Shown here piece by piece: positions 59,940 through 64,000 of a stretch of 64,000 bases of DNA. Every line of letters begins with the position of its first letter. Position 1 is the first letter of the stretch. Where the stretch lies: the NCBI GenBank assembly GCA_044376115.1, contig JBILLK010000041.1, positions 1-64,000 on the forward strand. The letters are read 5' to 3'. The stretch comes from Polyangiaceae bacterium. Its GTDB lineage: Bacteria; Myxococcota_A; Polyangia; Polyangiales; Polyangiaceae. The translations under genes and the position numbers were made by a program. Under the pieces are notes generated by a model, which had not been told where the DNA came from, did no database searches, and saw only the letters and a list, made by a program, of their open reading frames with translations.

Positions 59940-61336
59940 GCGCCATGGCAGCAACGTTCCACTTGGGCGTAACAAGGCCGCTCGATCGCCGCGGGGAGAT
60001 CAAGCCGCTGCATCTTCCGGCTCACCAACTCGTCACTCACGGAGTCGTCGTCGGGATGACTGGCTCCGGCAAAACCGGATTGGTGACGGTGCTGGTTGAA
60101 GAGGCGACCCGCAGCAAGGTGCCGGTGCTGATCATTGACGTCAAAGGGGACTTGCCCAACCTGTTGCTGCGCTTCCCAACCTTTGCTGCCGCGCCGCTGA
60201 TTCCTTGGGTGGAGGGCACCACGCTCGAGGAGGATCCGGTGCCGGTGGCGAACAAGCTCGCCGAGGATCGCAAGGCAGGGATCACCGCCTTCGGCCTCGG
60301 TGAGCAAGACCTCGCCGCGTTCACAGAGGACGTGCATGTGCGGGTGATCACGCCCGGCGCTGACGCCGGCGAGCTCTTGCATGTCCTCTCTTCGCTCGAG
60401 CGTCGTTCACCGCGTTGGGACACCGATCGAGACGGCGCGCGTGCGGCGCTCTCGGCGGCTATCTCGCTGGTGTTGCGGCTGCTCGGGCGCGATCCGGATC
60501 CGGCGAAGAGTCGCGAGCACGTGCTGCTGTCCTTGCTGGCCGAGCGTCGTTTGCTCGAGGGCCAGACGGCGGATCTCGGCTCACTGCTCGCCGACGTTCT
60601 CGACCCTCCGCTCGAGCGCGTTGGTGCACTGGAAACCGACGCCTTCCTCTCCAAGAAGGCGCGCAAAGAGTTGGCCGCCGCGCTCAACACACTGCTCGCT
60701 TCGCCAAGCTTCGAGAGTTGGCGGCAAGGCGAGACGCTCGACGTGGGTGCGTGGATGAAGCCGGTCGAAGGCGAGGGCAGACGCAAGACGCCGGTCACAG
60801 TAGTCAGCGTCGCTCACCTCGATGACGACGAAAGAGCGCTGGTGCTCGGCCTCGTGCTCGAAGAAGTGCTCACCTGGGTGCGCGGGCTTTCGGGCTCGCA
60901 GCGCCTGCGTGCGCTGATCGTGTTCGACGAAGTGTACGGCTTCTTACCGCCGCATCCCGCCAATCCACCAACCAAAAAGCCGCTCGTCGCGCTGATGAAA
61001 CAAGCTCGCGCCTTCGGCGTGGGCGTGGTCATCGCCACGCAAAACCCGATGGACCTCGACTACCGATCGCTCAGCAACGCCGGCGTCTGGTGCCTCGGCC
61101 GCCTGCAAACCGACGCCGACCGCGCCCGCGTCCTCGACGGCCTGATCAATGAAGCCCACGTCGGCACTAGCGCCGCCGAACTCGAAGACCTCCTCAAAAG
61201 ACTCCGCCCCCGCTGGTTCGTCCTCCGCAACGCCCACAGCCCCGACACCGTCCTCTTCCAAGCCCGCTGGGCCATGACCTTCATGCGCGGGCCGATGACG
61301 AGGGCGGAGATCAAGAAGGCGAGGCGAGGCCTGTGA
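59936..61336 (+). CDS. HerA/FtsK-like P-loop ATPase (DUF87/DUF853 type)
   Basis: THGVVVGMTGSGKT Walker A, IIDVKGD, IVFDE Walker B, KQARAFGVG, ATQNP.DLDY. Confidence 0.88.
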   Translation: MSAMAATFHLGVTRPLDRRGEIKPLHLPAHQLVTHGVVVGMTGSGKTGLVTVLVEEATRSKVPVLIIDVKGDLPNLLLRFPTFAAAPLIPWVEGTTLEEDPVPVANKLAEDRKAGITAFGLGEQDLAAFTEDVHVRVITPGADAGELLHVLSSLERRSPRWDTDRDGARAALSAAISLVLRLLGRDPDPAKSREHVLLSLLAERRLLEGQTADLGSLLADVLDPPLERVGALETDAFLSKKARKELAAALNTLLASPSFESWRQGETLDVGAWMKPVEGEGRRKTPVTVVSVAHLDDDERALVLGLVLEEVLTWVRGLSGSQRLRALIVFDEVYGFLPPHPANPPTKKPLVALMKQARAFGVGVVIATQNPMDLDYRSLSNAGVWCLGRLQTDADRARVLDGLINEAHVGTSAAELEDLLKRLRPRWFVLRNAHSPDTVLFQARWAMTFMRGPMTRAEIKKARRGL

Positions 61337-62418
61337 CCACGTTGCGCCTCACCACGTGGAATCTACAAAACCTCTTTCGTCCCGACGCCAAAGACGCCGA
61401 CGCACGCGCCGTCTACAAGCGGAAGCTCGCCGCGCTCGCGCAGGTCATCGCCGAGCTCAAGCCCGACGTGCTCGCCTTGCAAGAGGTAGGAGGTGATGAC
61501 GCGTTGAGCGATCTGCAAGCCGCTGTTGGCGTTGACCACTACGACCACCGCGCCATCGGCCGTCCCGATGCGCGCGGCATCGCCTGCGCGGTGCTCTCGC
61601 GCGTTCGCTTCGACGTAAAGCCCGCCCACATCGACGACTTCCCACCGCACGTACTCGCACTAGGCCTGCGCGAGATCGACGGCCAGCCGATCGTACGCAT
61701 GGGCCGCGGCGGCCTCCACGTACGCGTCACCCGCGCCGGATTCAGCGCCGACATCATCGTCGTTCACCTGAAGAGCAAGCTGCTCACCTTCCCGGGCGGC
61801 TTGTTCTCCACCAACGATGAAGGACTGCGAGCACGTGTCGCCGCCCAAGCGCTCGCCCGCAGAGCAGCCGAGGCCGCATGCGTGCGCCACGCGGTAACAG
61901 AGCTGCGCAACGCCGCACGCCCCGTCGCCGTACTCGGCGATCTCAACGACGGCCTCGCCGCCGCAACCACCGAGATCCTCTACGGCCCCAGCGGCAGCCG
62001 AGTGGACACGAGAGGGTTTCACAAAGCTGACGCTGGCGACGCGCAGCGACTGTGGAACCTCAGCGCGCTGATCGCGCCGGAGAGGAGGTTCTCGCGCGTA
62101 CACGCCGGCCACGGCGAGATGCTCGACCATATCCTTGTGTCGGAAGAGTTCCTCCCGCGTGAGGCCGTGAACGGCGCTGGGGTAGCCGGCCGCGGGGAGA
62201 GCGGGCAGACGCTGAAGCGGCGTTTACCGGCGAGCGTTGATGCGCGCGTTGAAGGACTGCGCTCGATTGGCGACGACCCAAGCCGAGAGGGCAGGGAAGT
62301 GCTGCCCGACCATGCGGCGGTTAGTGCTGTGTTTGACCCAAGTCCCAGCACCCACGCAGCGGCCGCTCAACCGGGAGACACTGCGTGGGCTCGGGAGGAT
62401 CGCCGAGGGACCTTCTGA
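61333..62418 (+). CDS. Endonuclease/exonuclease/phosphatase (EEP) family protein
   Basis: TWNLQN, PDVLALQE, HLKS, LGDLND, LDHILVS, PDH. Confidence 0.9.
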   Translation: MTTLRLTTWNLQNLFRPDAKDADARAVYKRKLAALAQVIAELKPDVLALQEVGGDDALSDLQAAVGVDHYDHRAIGRPDARGIACAVLSRVRFDVKPAHIDDFPPHVLALGLREIDGQPIVRMGRGGLHVRVTRAGFSADIIVVHLKSKLLTFPGGLFSTNDEGLRARVAAQALARRAAEAACVRHAVTELRNAARPVAVLGDLNDGLAAATTEILYGPSGSRVDTRGFHKADAGDAQRLWNLSALIAPERRFSRVHAGHGEMLDHILVSEEFLPREAVNGAGVAGRGESGQTLKRRLPASVDARVEGLRSIGDDPSREGREVLPDHAAVSAVFDPSPSTHAAAAQPGDTAWAREDRRGTF

Positions 62419-62494
62419 TCCCCGCGGCCCTGGGTCGCGGTTCGAGCGGGGACGGGGCAAGGGTAGTGACCCAAATGCCGATGGCCGAGCTCGA

Positions 62495-62618
62495 GCGGGC
62501 ACAGCGAAAGCCGAGGTTGTTGTTGCGATTCGACGGCGCGTTCCTGTTGCGGTTCGAAGCCGAGAGCCTCGACGCGTCATTGTTGTTCCAACTGCCACCA
62601 CGATTGACACGGTCTGTT
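62495..62618 (-). ncRNA. DGR template repeat (TR)
   Basis: Minus strand reads RVNRGGSWNNNDASRLSASNRNRNAPSNRNNNLGFRCAR with 11 AAY codons: the CLec C-terminal motif with adenines at variable positions; adjacent to avd and RT. Confidence 0.9.
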
Positions 62619-62641
62619 GACCCAGGCGAGACCATGACACC

Positions 62642-63000
62642 ATGAAAACCGAACTTGGGCGTACCCCGATCGTTGTGGAGGACGCCTACGGAACGTGGCT
62701 ATGGGTCGACGAGCGCGTGGCGCAGTTCCCCGTTCTGGCCAGGCGGACGCTGGGCAGCGCCTCACCAATGCTTCTCTCGATGCGCTCGTGGCGACAGTCG
62801 AAGCGGCGATGACGAGTGGTGCCGCGCGGATTGTACTGCTCCGCGAAGCAAATCGTGCGCTTACGGTCGCTCGGATCTTACTTAGGGCTACCAGGGATCG
62901 CCGGTTGCTCTCGATTGCACAACACGAGCACGTCATGCAAAGGGTTGATGCGTGGGGACGCCAACTTGGCGGCTGGATTCGCAGCGAGGCTGCCAAGTGA
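62642..63000 (+). pseudogene. avd: DGR accessory protein Avd (four-helix bundle), frameshifted
   Basis: MKTELGRTPIVVEDAYGTWLWVDERVAQFPVLARRTLG continues, after a one-base shift at about 62752-62755, as QRLTNASLDAL...LR...DRRLLS..Q.......GRQLGGW; FP...R..LG.R and G..LGGW are Avd hallmarks. Confidence 0.8.
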
Positions 63001-64000
63001 CTGGGCCAGGCTCTGCAGAACCTGCTCCGTTTCAGCGTTGGACGTCGCTATCGGAGCTGTGGGCTGCTGCGCAGCGTGCGGCGCGTGGGAAGAGGCACCG
63101 GGCCACGGTTGCGCGGTTCTTGTTCGATCGAGAGGCTGAAGTCATCGCGCTGCAGCACGCGTTGCGCTCCCAGACTTGGCGTCCTGGTAAGCTGGCGTTT
63201 CGAGACATTCGCGATCCGAAGCCTCGGGTCATTTCCGTCGCTCCGTTTGCGGATCGGGTGGTGCATCAAGCGCTATGCGCCTACGCCGGGCCACTCGAGC
63301 GCTCTCTTGTTCACGATACCTACGCCTGTCGTGAGGGCCGCGGCACTCACGCCGCGTTGCGCCGCGCTACGGCTTGGGCCCGAGGATTCAGCCACTTTGT
63401 GCACCTTGATGTGCGCAAGCTCTTTCCTTCGATTGATCACGGCATCCTGCTCAAGCAGCTCATGCGGGCCGTCCCTTGTCGCCTCACCTTGAAGGTGATC
63501 GAAGACATTCTTGCGGCGGGCGAAGACCGGCTGTCCGTACGTTTCCACTTCCCCGGCGATGACTTGCTTGCGCCGGGAATGCGGCCGCAGGGGCTGCCCA
63601 TTGGCAGCCTGACGAGCCAACACTTCGCGAACTCGTTCCTCTCCCCGATCGACCATCTGGTAAAGGATCGGCTGCAGGCTCGCGGTTATCTCAGGTACAT
63701 GGACGACATGCTCGTGTTTGGGGACGATCCCTCTGTTGTTCGGCGCTGGGCCGAAGCAATCGAAGCCCGGGCGCTGGCTCTGCGATTGCGGTTGCACCCG
63801 TGGGAAGTCCGGCCCACCCGATCCGGGGTCAACGTTCTCGGCTTCCGCATTCTGCCGACCGAGGTCCGGATCCGGCGCTCTTCGGTAGCGCGCGCCGAAC
63901 GGCTCTTGGCAAGGGCTGCCGCCACCGGCGATCTCCGCTTCGGAGAACGGCTGCGTGCTGTCTTCGCTCACTGGTCCCACGCGGACAGTTACAGGTTACG
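62997..64000 (+). CDS. DGR reverse transcriptase (3' end beyond the window)
   Basis: GTG overlapping the avd stop; PKPRVI...F.DRVVHQA, TYACR.G.GTHAA, LDV.K.FPSIDH, GLPIGSLTSQHFAN (DGR-type GxxxSQ), YLRYMDD. Confidence 0.93.
   Translation, partial: MTGPGSAEPAPFQRWTSLSELWAAAQRAARGKRHRATVARFLFDREAEVIALQHALRSQTWRPGKLAFRDIRDPKPRVISVAPFADRVVHQALCAYAGPLERSLVHDTYACREGRGTHAALRRATAWARGFSHFVHLDVRKLFPSIDHGILLKQLMRAVPCRLTLKVIEDILAAGEDRLSVRFHFPGDDLLAPGMRPQGLPIGSLTSQHFANSFLSPIDHLVKDRLQARGYLRYMDDMLVFGDDPSVVRRWAEAIEARALALRLRLHPWEVRPTRSGVNVLGFRILPTEVRIRRSSVARAERLLARAAATGDLRFGERLRAVFAHWSHADSYRL

Noticed and set aside
62321..62635. Protein-coding gene (104-aa ORF)
   Set aside because: The Asn-rich CLec C-terminal motif without the rest of the domain is the signature of a non-coding TR
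62997..64000. Group II intron or retron RT
   Set aside because: The GxxxSQ motif (not PQG) plus adjacent avd and TR identify a DGR RT

Overview
GC-rich bacterial DNA with myxobacterial (Polyangiaceae-like) gene content, inferred from many Cys/Gly-rich lipoproteins, Ser/Thr kinases, FHA-sigma54 activators and PEGA/DUF4215/vWA proteins. The core-like middle (about 4-50 kb) carries hxlR/nitronate monooxygenase/GST, kinase signalling modules, ligA, tRNA-Sec inside a tandem kinase duplication, MoxR, a QEGLA peptidase/ATP-grasp operon, an ACP with two KS-CLF fusion genes, uppP and a TrmH-family methylase. Both ends look accessory. The left end (1-4.1 kb) has two antitoxin/ParE pairs sharing identical arms around divergent cores, a 41-bp palindromic tandem array and REP-like repeats. 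The right end (50.4-64 kb) has secreted enzymes, immunity-type genes, IS91- and IS481-like remnants and a 42/86-bp higher-order repeat array. It also holds a diversity-generating retroelement (TR, avd, RT running off the window) whose AAC-rich template repeat lies on the opposite strand, head-to-head with avd-RT; avd is frameshifted and no bona fide variable repeat is visible in the window. All family calls come from motif recognition by eye; no database searches were run.
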